This document shows, one piece after another, positions 29,746-39,902 of a stretch of DNA of 64,000 bases. Each line of letters opens with the position of its first letter. Positions within the stretch are counted from its first letter, which is position 1. The position numbers and the translations under genes were made by a program. The stretch is taken from the sequence record LC727698.1; one strand, written 5' to 3'. The notes under the pieces were generated by a model. The model made no database searches. It was not told the origin of the DNA and saw only the letters and a list, made by a program, of their open reading frames with translations.

Positions 29746-30078
29746 GTGTTTATCATTAAATTACAAAGCAATTGTAACAAAATAGAAATAGATAACTCAA
29801 AATACAATTACGGGTTTTTTATTGTTAACTCAGAAAACATGAAAGTATTCCATTACAGTAACAAAGAATCGTCTTTGTATTCTATGTTTGCAAAAAATCT
29901 ACATATCAATGTATTTTTGGTGTCTACCTTGTGTTGTATTATATGTTTCGACTATCCTACTTTATACTTAGAAATGGAATCAAACCGTGCAGTGACATTA
30001 GGTATAAATCCATGTTTCTTAAATATAGATATACAAGGTTCTCGGTTCCATAATTGGGATCCGGTGTGTTTTGTATAA
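29746..30078 (+). CDS. Small paralog-array protein (divergent)
   Basis: MFIIKLQSNCNKI. Confidence 0.5.
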   Translation: MFIIKLQSNCNKIEIDNSKYNYGFFIVNSENMKVFHYSNKESSLYSMFAKNLHINVFLVSTLCCIICFDYPTLYLEMESNRAVTLGINPCFLNIDIQGSRFHNWDPVCFV

Positions 30079-30126
30079 ACATGTGATATAATTTATGTTT
30101 AGTTATTTCTTAAATAAGGTATTGAA

Positions 30127-30468
30127 ATGAAGGAAAACAATATACTAGAAATGCAAGCAGGATGCTCAAACGTAACTGTTATAGGTAACTGTGTTATAAG
30201 TATAGAAGGATTATATGACAAACCTACAAAAACATTAAACTTTTTTGTAAGATATAATTTAAACCATGATTCAGAATACTTATCATACATTTACACATTT
30301 AAAAATGATATATGTGTACTGTCTTTATCTAGTAAATGTTTTATGATTAAAATGGCCTCAGAGATGTATTATAAAACTAGATCTGTATGTATTATTAATA
30401 ATAAAGGAAACGGATTGTTATATAGTTACAAAAATCACACATGGGCTCGGACATGCATTCTAATATAG
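30127..30468 (+). CDS. Small paralog-array protein (divergent)
   Basis: ILEMQAGCSNV and VLSLSSKCFMI. Confidence 0.45.
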   Translation: MKENNILEMQAGCSNVTVIGNCVISIEGLYDKPTKTLNFFVRYNLNHDSEYLSYIYTFKNDICVLSLSSKCFMIKMASEMYYKTRSVCIINNKGNGLLYSYKNHTWARTCILI

Positions 30469-30800
30469 AAAAAATTTATTATATTTCTAAAAATACACGA
30501 AGTATAAAGGTAATGGACCATACAATCACTATATGGTCGTTATATATTTCACCTAATATTACTATAATTTTATGGGCAACTAATTTAACTACAGGATTAT
30601 GTACCTTAAAATATAAAAATGAATTCAAAATAGATTTATTTAAATTAGTCAATACAGTGTATTCTATAAAAAACAGATATAGAAACAGTACATATGTATT
30701 AGATGATATAATGCACAATACTATATGCTCTGTGGGTATATTAAGACCCCGTATTGCAGATGAAGTATATTGCAGATATAGAATATCGTATGTCAGCTAG
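30441..30800 (+). CDS. Hypothetical protein (array-like)
   Basis: IYYISKNTRSI unit. Confidence 0.4.
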   Translation: MGSDMHSNIEKIYYISKNTRSIKVMDHTITIWSLYISPNITIILWATNLTTGLCTLKYKNEFKIDLFKLVNTVYSIKNRYRNSTYVLDDIMHNTICSVGILRPRIADEVYCRYRISYVS

Positions 30801-30949
30801 CATTACATATATTGTATCAATTACTGCTAGATGCACATCTATATATGAAGATGCGTATAGTGATTTCGTTATATTTTGTATAGCAGATGTATTTGGTAGT
30901 TATATAATTCAATATATGACAGAACGCAACAATAGGTTTATAGCTGTAT

Positions 30950-31273
30950 ATGAATATACATTTTCTACAATATGATATGTCTGATTCAAGTATATTATGC
31001 AATATAACAAGATATTCGTATACAATAAGACTGAGTAATTATACATCGTTTCATTTTGTTATATCCGGAATGGGTAGGCCTATAACAAAAGTTGTATCCA
31101 GTATACTGTGTACTCCTATTCATATAATAGATGTGTGTAATGTTTCGCATCGTGCAAGAGATACGATTTTTTCGTACAATGACACCCAATTACGCAGTTC
31201 TTTGCATTTGTTTTCTATATCATTTTGGAAGTTAAAAGCATATACTATGATAAACGTATCCTACATAATATGA
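30950..31273 (+). CDS. Hypothetical protein (array-like)
   Basis: MNIHFLQYDM start. Confidence 0.35.
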   Translation: MNIHFLQYDMSDSSILCNITRYSYTIRLSNYTSFHFVISGMGRPITKVVSSILCTPIHIIDVCNVSHRARDTIFSYNDTQLRSSLHLFSISFWKLKAYTMINVSYII

Positions 31274-31764
31274 TATTTCAAAAACCATTTATAGAATTAA
31301 ATAGTATCCCAGATTACACTCATCCGGGCGGATTTGCATACCAACGAAAAAATCATATACACGAAGGCGTAGACCTTTATTGTAAAAATAAAGAACCTGT
31401 GTTTACAATGTTATCGGGTAAAGTAGTTAATATAATAAAAGATTTTACAGGACCGGGCTGCGGAACACCTTGGTGGAATAAAACAAGTGCAATAGTAATA
31501 GAAGACGTATTCGGTGTATGGGTATACGGCGAAATATTAGTAGGAAATTGGATTAACATAGGAGATACTGTACCAGCTGGAACATGTATCGGCAGAGTAG
31601 AACAAGTGTTAAAAAAGAACAAAGGACGTCCTATGTCTATGCTTCACGTAGAACGATATACAAAAGGAACTACAAATTCTATTGGATTATGGCAATTAAA
31701 TACTAGCAGACCTGAAAATTTATTAGATCCAACACCTTTGTTACGGCGTATCATAAATGAATAA
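31270..31764 (+). CDS. M23-family peptidase
   Basis: HEGVDLY (HxxxD), V.aGd.IG-like IGDTVPAGTCIGRV, LHVE, LLDPT; start set at ATG 31270. Confidence 0.8.
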   Translation: MIFQKPFIELNSIPDYTHPGGFAYQRKNHIHEGVDLYCKNKEPVFTMLSGKVVNIIKDFTGPGCGTPWWNKTSAIVIEDVFGVWVYGEILVGNWINIGDTVPAGTCIGRVEQVLKKNKGRPMSMLHVERYTKGTTNSIGLWQLNTSRPENLLDPTPLLRRIINE

Positions 31765-32098
31765 TATATTATATATTCAGAATTTTATAAGAAGTAGAAA
31801 ATTAGAAGCAGAATACGGATGTATAGTTACCATTAATAATAATACAGGAGCTAGAGAATTTACAGCATATCATCTCAAAAACTGGCATAATTGTTCATTT
31901 ATATCCTATAATAATTGCAGTATAGATATTATTGCATTATGTAACCATACACACACGATAGCATATGGAGCAGATAATGCAAGTTTTATAATAAAAAATA
32001 ATAACAGAAATATACTACTGTCAGTAGTTGATACGAATATGACATATTCGTCTTGTTATTCATCTTCTGTAATTATAAATATTTCTGTTTTATTATAA
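31757..32098 (+). CDS. Small paralog-array protein
   Basis: MNNILYIQNF and IIALCNHTHTI. Confidence 0.5.
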   Translation: MNNILYIQNFIRSRKLEAEYGCIVTINNNTGAREFTAYHLKNWHNCSFISYNNCSIDIIALCNHTHTIAYGADNASFIIKNNNRNILLSVVDTNMTYSSCYSSSVIINISVLL

Positions 32099-32099
32099 A

Positions 32100-32423
32100 A
32101 TGAATTTAATATTTTGTATAGCTAGCATTGATAATATACAAATAGGTATAGACCGGTCAATCGGACATATAAACAATATAATATATATCCGAACTAGCCC
32201 CTCTAATGATATAATCAAATATATAACAGAAGTAAAATATGGTAAAACAGTATCACTTATGTTAAATCTCGATATATCAATATTTAAAGAATTATTTATT
32301 TTTATTTTGTCATGTAAATGTAAACACATCACTGAACTAAGAATATACAATAAAGTAGTATTTTATTTTTATTCTGATAACAGAAGATCTTTAACAGATT
32401 TGTTATATTACATAGGTCAGTAA
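32100..32423 (+). CDS. Small paralog-array protein
   Basis: MNLIFCIAS and IFILSCKCKHI. Confidence 0.5.
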   Translation: MNLIFCIASIDNIQIGIDRSIGHINNIIYIRTSPSNDIIKYITEVKYGKTVSLMLNLDISIFKELFIFILSCKCKHITELRIYNKVVFYFYSDNRRSLTDLLYYIGQ

Positions 32424-32535
32424 CAGTACATTTACAGAAAAATATAATATCTTATGTATTATTCATTATAAAAACTCTGTTGTGTTATTAAGTATTGTAT
32501 GTTAGCGTACAAGTTAATTAAATGCGGAACACTAA

Positions 32536-32829
32536 ATGGATATTATTCTTTTTATATCAAATAATACATACTATATAACATCAACGAGTAATAGCACATT
32601 CTTATTATACAGATTTGATCAAAAATGTATCTATGTTGTAACAAAAAATCTTAATTCACATCCGGTAGTGATAGACGACGGAAGTAATGGCTGGGGGACA
32701 ATATATGAGATTCCCGCATTAGTTCAGTTTTACACAGATATTTTTAAATTTTCTGTGCATCACGAGTTAATTCAAATATATGTGCTCACAAAAGTAGGTC
32801 AATTTTTCTCTAAGATTGTTACTTACTAA
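32536..32829 (+). CDS. Small paralog-array protein
   Basis: MDIILFISNNTYYI. Confidence 0.55.
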   Translation: MDIILFISNNTYYITSTSNSTFLLYRFDQKCIYVVTKNLNSHPVVIDDGSNGWGTIYEIPALVQFYTDIFKFSVHHELIQIYVLTKVGQFFSKIVTY

Positions 32830-33151
32830 TACAATTGTACAATACATAGGTAATTTGATGGACAATATATTTTATATTTCGTACGAGATAGCTGTCCAGT
32901 GTTCTAATATAACTACATTTTATTTAATTAATAAACACAATAGAGTATTTTATGCAATACGTTCAGCCGCAGGACACCCAATCGACATTTTCGATTTTGA
33001 TTGGAAACAAAAAATCTTACTAACGTCTAAATATTGTAATAAGCTTTTATTTATTATTAGTAGAGAAAAGATACAGGTAACTACTACTAAGTTAAAGATA
33101 TTTTATTGTCTTAGTAACGTATCTGCTAAATCGGATCAAGTTACACTATGA
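32816..33151 (+). CDS. Small paralog-array protein
   Basis: Internal MDNIFYISYEIAV and ILLTSKYCNKL. Confidence 0.45.
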   Translation: MLLTNTIVQYIGNLMDNIFYISYEIAVQCSNITTFYLINKHNRVFYAIRSAAGHPIDIFDFDWKQKILLTSKYCNKLLFIISREKIQVTTTKLKIFYCLSNVSAKSDQVTL

Positions 33152-33372
33152 ATATCATACCATTAATTTTAATTAGTGTATACTAGTTATTGTGACACTA
33201 TTAAATATGTCAATTAGATAAAATAAATTATTAATGAAAAATCTATTTCCTACCGGATGCATATTTAATATATTGGTATTATCTTATCACACAGATACAA
33301 TATATGCTGCATGTTACTCAGATTGTCGTGTTATTGCACTAAACAGTTATTATACATACTATATACCTTTAA

Positions 33373-33633
33373 ATGACTAAATTAATACTTACAATTTCTA
33401 TTAATACCAAACAGATAGCATTATTAAACGATGTTGTGCATTTTCGAAATTATAATAAAGCGGTATACTTTATAAATTTTTTATCTAAATCTAAGTCATT
33501 AATTATTGTGGACGAGTTAATAACAGATAGTTTTATTATCTTTTATATAAGTGAAAATTGTTCCGAAATTTATGTCACCCCTAGATATGCTTTTATATGT
33601 AATTTCAATGGGGTTGGGTTTTTTAGATCATAA
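33373..33633 (+). CDS. Small paralog-array protein
   Basis: MTKLILTISINTKQI and IFYISENCSEI. Confidence 0.55.
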   Translation: MTKLILTISINTKQIALLNDVVHFRNYNKAVYFINFLSKSKSLIIVDELITDSFIIFYISENCSEIYVTPRYAFICNFNGVGFFRS

Positions 33634-33664
33634 CTAGTTGTGTTAATTAGGATAACTATACTTA

Positions 33665-33958
33665 ATGAAATATGATTTTATATTACATATGAGTAATAAC
33701 ACAAATTGTATTATATTCGACACAAGTATTACCTTTGTTGACAACAAAGGTATATTCTTTTATAAAATAATACCAATACACTTGCATGGTATGTGTAATT
33801 TTCCTTATATAGATAAAAGTTGGTCAAACTATATTTCATTACCTATAATTATACAATATTATACAAATAAACTGGTATATTTACCGTCTATTATACTTTT
33901 TCGTCAAAATAAATCTAATATATCAGCAGATACTGTATTTCGTACAAATATGTTATGA
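33665..33958 (+). CDS. Small paralog-array protein
   Basis: FILHMSNNTNCI and IIIQYYTNKL. Confidence 0.55.
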   Translation: MKYDFILHMSNNTNCIIFDTSITFVDNKGIFFYKIIPIHLHGMCNFPYIDKSWSNYISLPIIIQYYTNKLVYLPSIILFRQNKSNISADTVFRTNML

Positions 33959-34236
33959 ACGATGAATTAATACTATTGTTAAGTAAAGAGACTTATATAA
34001 CTTCATTTTCTCATAACTGTGTAGACTTGTTCAGCGCTGCTGGAATTATATTTTATAGCATATCTATACCATACATGGGTTCCCGTGCTGCTAGCAGAAT
34101 ACATCATTTATATTTGTGTGTGTTTACACTATCTCCTTTCATAATACAATCATTTTGCCGTGTAATATTCGATAATAAGTATACAATTTGCATATCATAT
34201 AACGGTACACTTATATGGAAAGGTCTTTACCAATAA
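33955..34236 (+). CDS. Small paralog-array protein
   Basis: LILLLSKETYI and FIIQSFCRVI. Confidence 0.55.
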   Translation: MNDELILLLSKETYITSFSHNCVDLFSAAGIIFYSISIPYMGSRAASRIHHLYLCVFTLSPFIIQSFCRVIFDNKYTICISYNGTLIWKGLYQ

Positions 34237-34304
34237 CTTTTTCAGTTGCTATAATATGCACAATGTGCAATAATAAAAACAATGTGCAATTGTGAATAAA
34301 ATAT

Positions 34305-34604
34305 ATGAATATTATTATTAACATTCAAGAATCGACATCCGAAATCTTCTTTGACACATACTACATCACGTTAACGTCAAGTTTAGGCGGTCATGTTCTT
34401 TCGATAAACCGAAGAACAGGAAAAGGCGCAATTATACTTCATAATATAAAGTTAGATCACATCTATCCTATTATACTATTACAGAACGCAACTGTATCAC
34501 TTGTTGTATGGGGTGCTGTAGACATTAAAGTATCATTTAAAGATATATACGATGAATACATCTTCCTTGCTATAGGTAGAAGGCATTATTCTGATTATGC
34601 ATAA
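34305..34604 (+). CDS. Small paralog-array protein
   Basis: MNIIINIQESTSEI and IILLQNATVSL. Confidence 0.6.
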   Translation: MNIIINIQESTSEIFFDTYYITLTSSLGGHVLSINRRTGKGAIILHNIKLDHIYPIILLQNATVSLVVWGAVDIKVSFKDIYDEYIFLAIGRRHYSDYA

Positions 34605-34860
34605 AATTTATTATGACGAAATTTTAGAAATATCTAAAAAAGCTAGATTAATTGTAAATTACTCTGGCATCGTTTCTATATACACAAAATCTTCTAATTA
34701 TTATAATATAAATTATAATTTTTATAGTAATCCATTTAATCAGTGGAATAGGGCAATATTTATAGCATCTAAACAATGTGGACACATAGCATTTTCTAGT
34801 AACCGGATGCGTATATTAACTGATAAAAATATATTGTGGTATTATAGTACTCTTCTATAA
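34597..34860 (+). CDS. Small paralog-array protein
   Basis: ILEISKKARLI and IFIASKQCGHI. Confidence 0.5.
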   Translation: MHKIYYDEILEISKKARLIVNYSGIVSIYTKSSNYYNINYNFYSNPFNQWNRAIFIASKQCGHIAFSSNRMRILTDKNILWYYSTLL

Positions 34861-34875
34861 GGTATAGATCGAAAA

Positions 34876-35178
34876 ATGGAAATACCTAATGACAAGTGTA
34901 TGTTGTTAATATTTCTGAGTAGTGTCTCCGATACTATACACATAGAAATCAGTTTTAGAAAAAGAATTAGAAAATATTTGCACACACTAAAAATATACAA
35001 AGAAGATAACATTTGCATATTTATAAATGGCATACTACTATTTAAAAAAGATATATGTAACGATATAATAATTCCTATTTTGATACAATCGAACACAAGA
35101 TCTATATCACTGCATAACAACTTCTTAGAAATATTTTCTAACAGATATTATTTGATGTTATTTAGAAAAATGTCTTAA
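34876..35178 (+). CDS. Small paralog-array protein
   Basis: LIFLSSVSDTI and ILIQSNTRSI. Confidence 0.55.
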   Translation: MEIPNDKCMLLIFLSSVSDTIHIEISFRKRIRKYLHTLKIYKEDNICIFINGILLFKKDICNDIIIPILIQSNTRSISLHNNFLEIFSNRYYLMLFRKMS

Positions 35179-35192
35179 ATAGGAAAAAATGC

Positions 35193-35444
35193 ATGATTGT
35201 TATACTTCTTTCACACTTTACACGTGAACTAAATGCAGAATTTAATGAATTAGAACTTACTGTGTATGGTAATAGATTAGCGCAAATATATCCAACAGCA
35301 TTTATAGATACTAACATTCTATGGCATTATATGAGTGAATCTGATTTCTTACTATTTTATATTTCTAATAATGCAAAAACGATAAAATTAAACCATTCAC
35401 ACCGAATATTATTATATAACTCTCCCATACCGCACTATATTTAA
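35193..35444 (+). CDS. Small paralog-array protein
   Basis: MIVILLSHFTREL and LFYISNNAKTI. Confidence 0.55.
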   Translation: MIVILLSHFTRELNAEFNELELTVYGNRLAQIYPTAFIDTNILWHYMSESDFLLFYISNNAKTIKLNHSHRILLYNSPIPHYI

Positions 35445-35476
35445 AGAGATAAGTATGTGAACTATCATTTAAATAG

Positions 35477-35845
35477 TTGTTGTACAGAAACTACATTATT
35501 AAACTCTTTTTTAATAAGCAGGTTAATGTCCGTCTAAACCCTATGTGCAACCTACCATTTATTATATCAAATAATTCCTACACACTAACCTATGGACCAG
35601 ATAGAACGATGACAGGAGCAGGCATATACATTGCTAATATATACGGATTTGTGTTTCTATACTCAGTTGTTACTATTTCTAATTTTCAAATATGTTTTAG
35701 TATGCTTAACGAAATAGATCCTTTGTATTTGCAATACGAATGCGATTCAATAAAAACAATAAACACAAAAATGTATTATAGACTAAATGTCAATTCATTA
35801 CTTAATACAATGATATGTAAAGAATATTATGAATTTAATATTTGA
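35477..35845 (+). CDS. Small paralog-array protein
   Basis: FIISNNSYTL and LYLQYECDSI. Confidence 0.5.
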   Translation: MLYRNYIIKLFFNKQVNVRLNPMCNLPFIISNNSYTLTYGPDRTMTGAGIYIANIYGFVFLYSVVTISNFQICFSMLNEIDPLYLQYECDSIKTINTKMYYRLNVNSLLNTMICKEYYEFNI

Positions 35846-36113
35846 ATTATTAAGAAACACTAGTAAAATCATACCGTATGATGGTCTGAATGCTGTTAGA
35901 TTTATTCTTGTAAATACTGATTATATAAAAGTAGCATCTTTTTGTTTATCATTTTCTACATGGACCTGCCGTACATTTTTAAGTATAAACCAGTTTCAAA
36001 TGTCAGAATCTACGTTAGTTATCATATCTAATAAAATAAAGAAGATCAAAAGAGTAAAAAAATCATACGCTTTAGTTTTTGACGAATCATATATTCTGTT
36101 GAAAATCAAATGA
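35829..36113 (+). CDS. Small paralog-array protein
   Basis: MNLIFELLRNTSKI and LVIISNKIKKI. Confidence 0.55.
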   Translation: MNLIFELLRNTSKIIPYDGLNAVRFILVNTDYIKVASFCLSFSTWTCRTFLSINQFQMSESTLVIISNKIKKIKRVKKSYALVFDESYILLKIK

Positions 36114-36364
36114 TAATACATATCTCACATTTAACACATATAATAAATGCATATTCTAAATATATAATCGTCACTAATAAAGCTAATGAAATTATACTTT
36201 GCAATTACATATATAACCAAACTAAAATTTACATTAACAAAGTATTACCAAGTATCGACTTAATCTGTTATATTCAACATAACACAAAAACAATTAGTTA
36301 TCCCATTGTAAATAGCCATTTTCTATTATATCCATATCTTTGCAATAATGCCTTGGTTGTATAA
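36110..36364 (+). CDS. Small paralog-array protein
   Basis: MIIHISHLTHII and ICYIQHNTKTI. Confidence 0.6.
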   Translation: MIIHISHLTHIINAYSKYIIVTNKANEIILCNYIYNQTKIYINKVLPSIDLICYIQHNTKTISYPIVNSHFLLYPYLCNNALVV

Positions 36365-36366
36365 TT

Positions 36367-36648
36367 ATGGATTTTATTTTCCTACTACAACATAACACTT
36401 CTATTATATTATATCGTAATAGTATTATAGAATTATACACAGAAGACGAAATGCCAGTAATAGACATAGATATAACAAATTCTATGTTCATATATCTAGA
36501 TATTTTTAATGACAAAACTGCAATACTCTATCTACAACAAAATACACACAGTATAGGTATAGAATCATCAAATTCTTATTATATGATAAGAATGAGAAAT
36601 ATGTACCATAGAAACGTTTATTATATTATAACACATGGACTATATTAA
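36367..36648 (+). CDS. Small paralog-array protein (canonical)
   Basis: MDFIFLLQHNTSII and ILYLQQNTHSI. Confidence 0.7.
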   Translation: MDFIFLLQHNTSIILYRNSIIELYTEDEMPVIDIDITNSMFIYLDIFNDKTAILYLQQNTHSIGIESSNSYYMIRMRNMYHRNVYYIITHGLY

Positions 36649-36919
36649 ACTTATCTCCGCAGAAGTAAATCAAATTAAAAAATCCACCCATTCCGGCGGC
36701 ACCCGTCACGGCTTAACACTATATAACGTAGATGACCAACCTATAATAGAAATAAAGATCCAAAAAATAATATCCCGTGCATATGTGCGTGCAAACTACG
36801 ATAAGTTGTGTAATGAAATCTGCATTCTTTATATACAAAGCCAAACAACTTTAATATCTACCACACGGAACTCACTAGTAATCTTTACTTCCCACTATAT
36901 AGTTCACTCTATCATATGA
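36635..36919 (+). CDS. Small paralog-array protein (canonical)
   Basis: MDYIKLISAEVNQI and ILYIQSQTTLI. Confidence 0.7.
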   Translation: MDYIKLISAEVNQIKKSTHSGGTRHGLTLYNVDDQPIIEIKIQKIISRAYVRANYDKLCNEICILYIQSQTTLISTTRNSLVIFTSHYIVHSII

Positions 36920-37194
36920 ACCTAATATATGCACTGCAACGTAAAACTAGATATATATCCCAATTTGATACTACTTATCGTTTAATTAACTCAGATAGAA
37001 AATGCTTTTATCTTATAACACGCAAGAACAAAAAGACCATAGTAGACATAGACTATAATGTCTTTAATGATATTTTCGGTATATTACATTTACAGTCTAA
37101 AACACATATACTACAACGTTCATACTACCTAATAAAAATATATGATGTATGTACGGATTTAATATTTTTTATATACCACCATAACCATAAATGA
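36916..37194 (+). CDS. Small paralog-array protein (canonical)
   Basis: MNLIYALQRKTRYI and ILHLQSKTHIL. Confidence 0.7.
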   Translation: MNLIYALQRKTRYISQFDTTYRLINSDRKCFYLITRKNKKTIVDIDYNVFNDIFGILHLQSKTHILQRSYYLIKIYDVCTDLIFFIYHHNHK

Positions 37195-37472
37195 AATTTA
37201 TTATAACATTACAATCATACACAACTACAATACAGTTTCTAACTAATGATTTTATATTATATTCTGATAGAAATAAATTATTAGAATTAGGTATATACAA
37301 TAACAAATTCAACTGTTACATACATATCAATAATTTTAATAATAACAATATAATCATGTGTTATCTTCAGCATATAATTTATACAATACACATTCATCCC
37401 TTTGTTTTATCTATGTGTAATAGTAATTGGTTATCAGTTAATACAAAATGTTATTCAAGAAGACTTTATTAA
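37191..37472 (+). CDS. Small paralog-array protein (canonical)
   Basis: MKFIITLQSYTTTI and MCYLQHIIYTI. Confidence 0.7.
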   Translation: MKFIITLQSYTTTIQFLTNDFILYSDRNKLLELGIYNNKFNCYIHINNFNNNNIIMCYLQHIIYTIHIHPFVLSMCNSNWLSVNTKCYSRRLY

Positions 37473-37512
37473 AGTAATGAAGATGAATGATAGAAATCAC
37501 TACACTATAACT

Positions 37513-37793
37513 AATGAGTGATAATACTCTAATAGATAGAAACTATAGTGTAACAACCAATGAGTGATAATACTAATACTGATAGATATAGCTATAGTAT
37601 ACCAATAATGAGTGATACTAATAGAAGCTATAGTGTACAAATAATGAGTGAATTATGTAGTACATATTTCGGTGAATACTGATATAATACCAATAGATAG
37701 TGATACTAATAGATATCAATACTAATACTAATATTGATAGATAGCTATAGTGTACAAATAATGAGTGAAATAGGTAGTACATATTTCGGTGAA
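37513..37793. repeat. Imperfect iteron-like direct repeats (putative origin)
   Basis: AATGAGTGA at 37513, 37559, 37607, 37643, 37760; CTATAGT four times; a ~50-nt unit GCTATAGTGTACAAATAATGAGTGAA..GTAGTACATATTTCGGTGAA at 37627-37676 and 37744-37793. Confidence 0.85.
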
Positions 37794-38180
37794 CCCTAAC
37801 ATCACCAAAGAAAGAAGGACCAAAATTTTGGAAATCTTGCTCTATAGGTCCCATTCATTTTCTTCCCAGTTACTTTTATATTCTTTCAGTTTCTAGCCAT
37901 TTCTAACCATTTTTATAGATTTTTTTTGGAAAAATCCGTTTTCTGCTATATAGGGACCTTCTTATAAAATATAAGTTCTTTTTCAATAAAAAATATTTTT
38001 TTTGAAAATTTCCAATTCTTGCTATATAGGCCGGTTTCATTATATATCCCCATTTGCATAACATATACGGAATATAGTATGCTATACGTATATAAACCGT
38101 GACTCTAGACAACTCACTTACTGTACGCTTGTTAATATAATTCCATTTCGTAGTATAACGTATATATAGGAAAACTAGTT

Positions 38181-38450
38181 ATGGATCTGATACTATTTCT
38201 TCAACATAATACTGTAGAGATGGACTATAGTGAATGGTACGTTCGTCTTAACAACAAGAATGAAAAGCATATAGCTATGATTACAGGTAACGGTCTTAGA
38301 CTGTATTATAGAAATATCAATAGCTTACTTGGTATTCTTCATTTACAATACTGTAATTATAATTTTTTCATGCATACGGACAATTATATTTCTTTTACTT
38401 TTGCTAATAATAATAGGTTTGTACATGAAATACATGTTGATTTGAAATAA
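38181..38450 (+). CDS. Small paralog-array protein (canonical)
   Basis: MDLILFLQHNTVEM and ILHLQYCNYNF. Confidence 0.7.
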   Translation: MDLILFLQHNTVEMDYSEWYVRLNNKNEKHIAMITGNGLRLYYRNINSLLGILHLQYCNYNFFMHTDNYISFTFANNNRFVHEIHVDLK

Positions 38451-38453
38451 TAT

Positions 38454-38777
38454 ATGGATTTCATACTATTACTTCAATCTCAATGTCATGAGATTGTATA
38501 TACCAAACAAATGATTGATATGCTTAATGCGCATGATAATAGGCAGTTCGTATATGGAATTACGTTGCCTATGGGGAGAAAACATGTGTCATATAGGGCA
38601 TATTGTTTGTATAATAATATATGTGATGTGATAGGTTTATTACATATGCAATCCATTACATCATTAATAGAAGTTAACCATTTTAAATCAGTTTTTGGTA
38701 AAAAAGATATTATTGTTAATATGAGGTTTGTTAACGGTTATCTTCAATATGTTATAGTATCTAATATATGGACTTAA
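38454..38777 (+). CDS. Small paralog-array protein (canonical)
   Basis: MDFILLLQSQCHEI and LLHMQSITSLI. Confidence 0.7.
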   Translation: MDFILLLQSQCHEIVYTKQMIDMLNAHDNRQFVYGITLPMGRKHVSYRAYCLYNNICDVIGLLHMQSITSLIEVNHFKSVFGKKDIIVNMRFVNGYLQYVIVSNIWT

Positions 38778-39052
38778 TATTATTATTTCAGTCTCGTTGT
38801 TATAAGATTTGGTATTCAGATTATATTATAGATATGATCGACTATAGTGATTATACTATAGTATCATTACTACGCCCGCCGAATGGGCGTATGTATGCCT
38901 ATTGTTCGTGTAACAATATAAACAACGAAATTAGTATAATGCATTTGCAGAATAGCATACATTCATTACAAATAAGTTATAGTACCCGTTCTATAATGTG
39001 TCGTATGACTAATGTGTATGAAGATCTAATTCAATATATTTGTATACTTTAG
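38768..39052 (+). CDS. Small paralog-array protein (canonical)
   Basis: MDLILLFQSRCYKI and IMHLQNSIHSL. Confidence 0.7.
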   Translation: MDLILLFQSRCYKIWYSDYIIDMIDYSDYTIVSLLRPPNGRMYAYCSCNNINNEISIMHLQNSIHSLQISYSTRSIMCRMTNVYEDLIQYICIL

Positions 39053-39330
39053 TAATGTATTTTATCTTGTTTATACAGAAATTGTGTTGTTCGATTAGAA
39101 GGGCTTCGCATGGATTCGATATTTTTGATACAAATGAAGTAGCATATTCATTAATAGATCATCATGGTTTCAGTATGAAACATTTTGTTTCATACTCTGT
39201 TATAAATGATGTAATAGGAATTATACATTTACAAGTGCATACAAATAAGTTTTATTTTCTTAATGAAAAACATCAAATGGATATGATTTGTTTTCTAGAT
39301 AGTAAAGGCGGTCATTTTTTTAGTTTATAG
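39040..39330 (+). CDS. Small paralog-array protein (canonical)
   Basis: MYFILFIQKLCCSI and IIHLQVHTNKF. Confidence 0.65.
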   Translation: MYTLVMYFILFIQKLCCSIRRASHGFDIFDTNEVAYSLIDHHGFSMKHFVSYSVINDVIGIIHLQVHTNKFYFLNEKHQMDMICFLDSKGGHFFSL

Positions 39331-39342
39331 AGGACGGAATTT

Positions 39343-39606
39343 GTGTTATTAATATTAATGCTTCAGCGTAATGTCGAATGGATTCTTTATACTGATTGTG
39401 AAATTCGACTTGTTCTGCCCGATTATAACACGTTATATCGTTTTCTAAATCAGATACAGAAAATTAATGGGTATCTAAATTGCCATGCTAGTAATGACAT
39501 TGTAGGTATGTTTTATTTACAGTACAATTGTGATACTATATCATTTAATAGATTTGATGAATTTATGATACTAAACCACAATGGCGTAATAATTTTTGGC
39601 TGGTGA
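39343..39606 (+). CDS. Small paralog-array protein (canonical)
   Basis: MLLILMLQRNVEWI and MFYLQYNCDTI. Confidence 0.65.
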   Translation: MLLILMLQRNVEWILYTDCEIRLVLPDYNTLYRFLNQIQKINGYLNCHASNDIVGMFYLQYNCDTISFNRFDEFMILNHNGVIIFGW

Positions 39607-39902
39607 CTAGTATGGATATTATATTGATCCTTAGCAGTGAAGTTATAAGAATACAAGGTTGTTTTTATGATATAGAAACTTTACAAATAAGGTTCTTCAA
39701 TAAATACGACTCAATATATTTTTGTAATAAAATGGGAGGATTTGTTAACTATAAAACATTTCCCAATGAACTATTAAGTATAATTCATTTGCAGCAGAAT
39801 ACACATAGGTTGATAACACACAGTAAATGTATATTTTTTGATAGTGTAGATTTTATTTCTATTCACTGGGAGACTTTGTTTGACACAAACGAATATGTAT
39901 AA
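39603..39902 (+). CDS. Small paralog-array protein (canonical)
   Basis: MDIILILSSEVIRI and IIHLQQNTHRL. Confidence 0.65.
   Translation: MTSMDIILILSSEVIRIQGCFYDIETLQIRFFNKYDSIYFCNKMGGFVNYKTFPNELLSIIHLQQNTHRLITHSKCIFFDSVDFISIHWETLFDTNEYV

Noticed and set aside
37513-37793. CRISPR mini-array
   Set aside because: Repeats are imperfect, of variable length and not separated by unique constant-length spacers; no palindromic repeat or leader.
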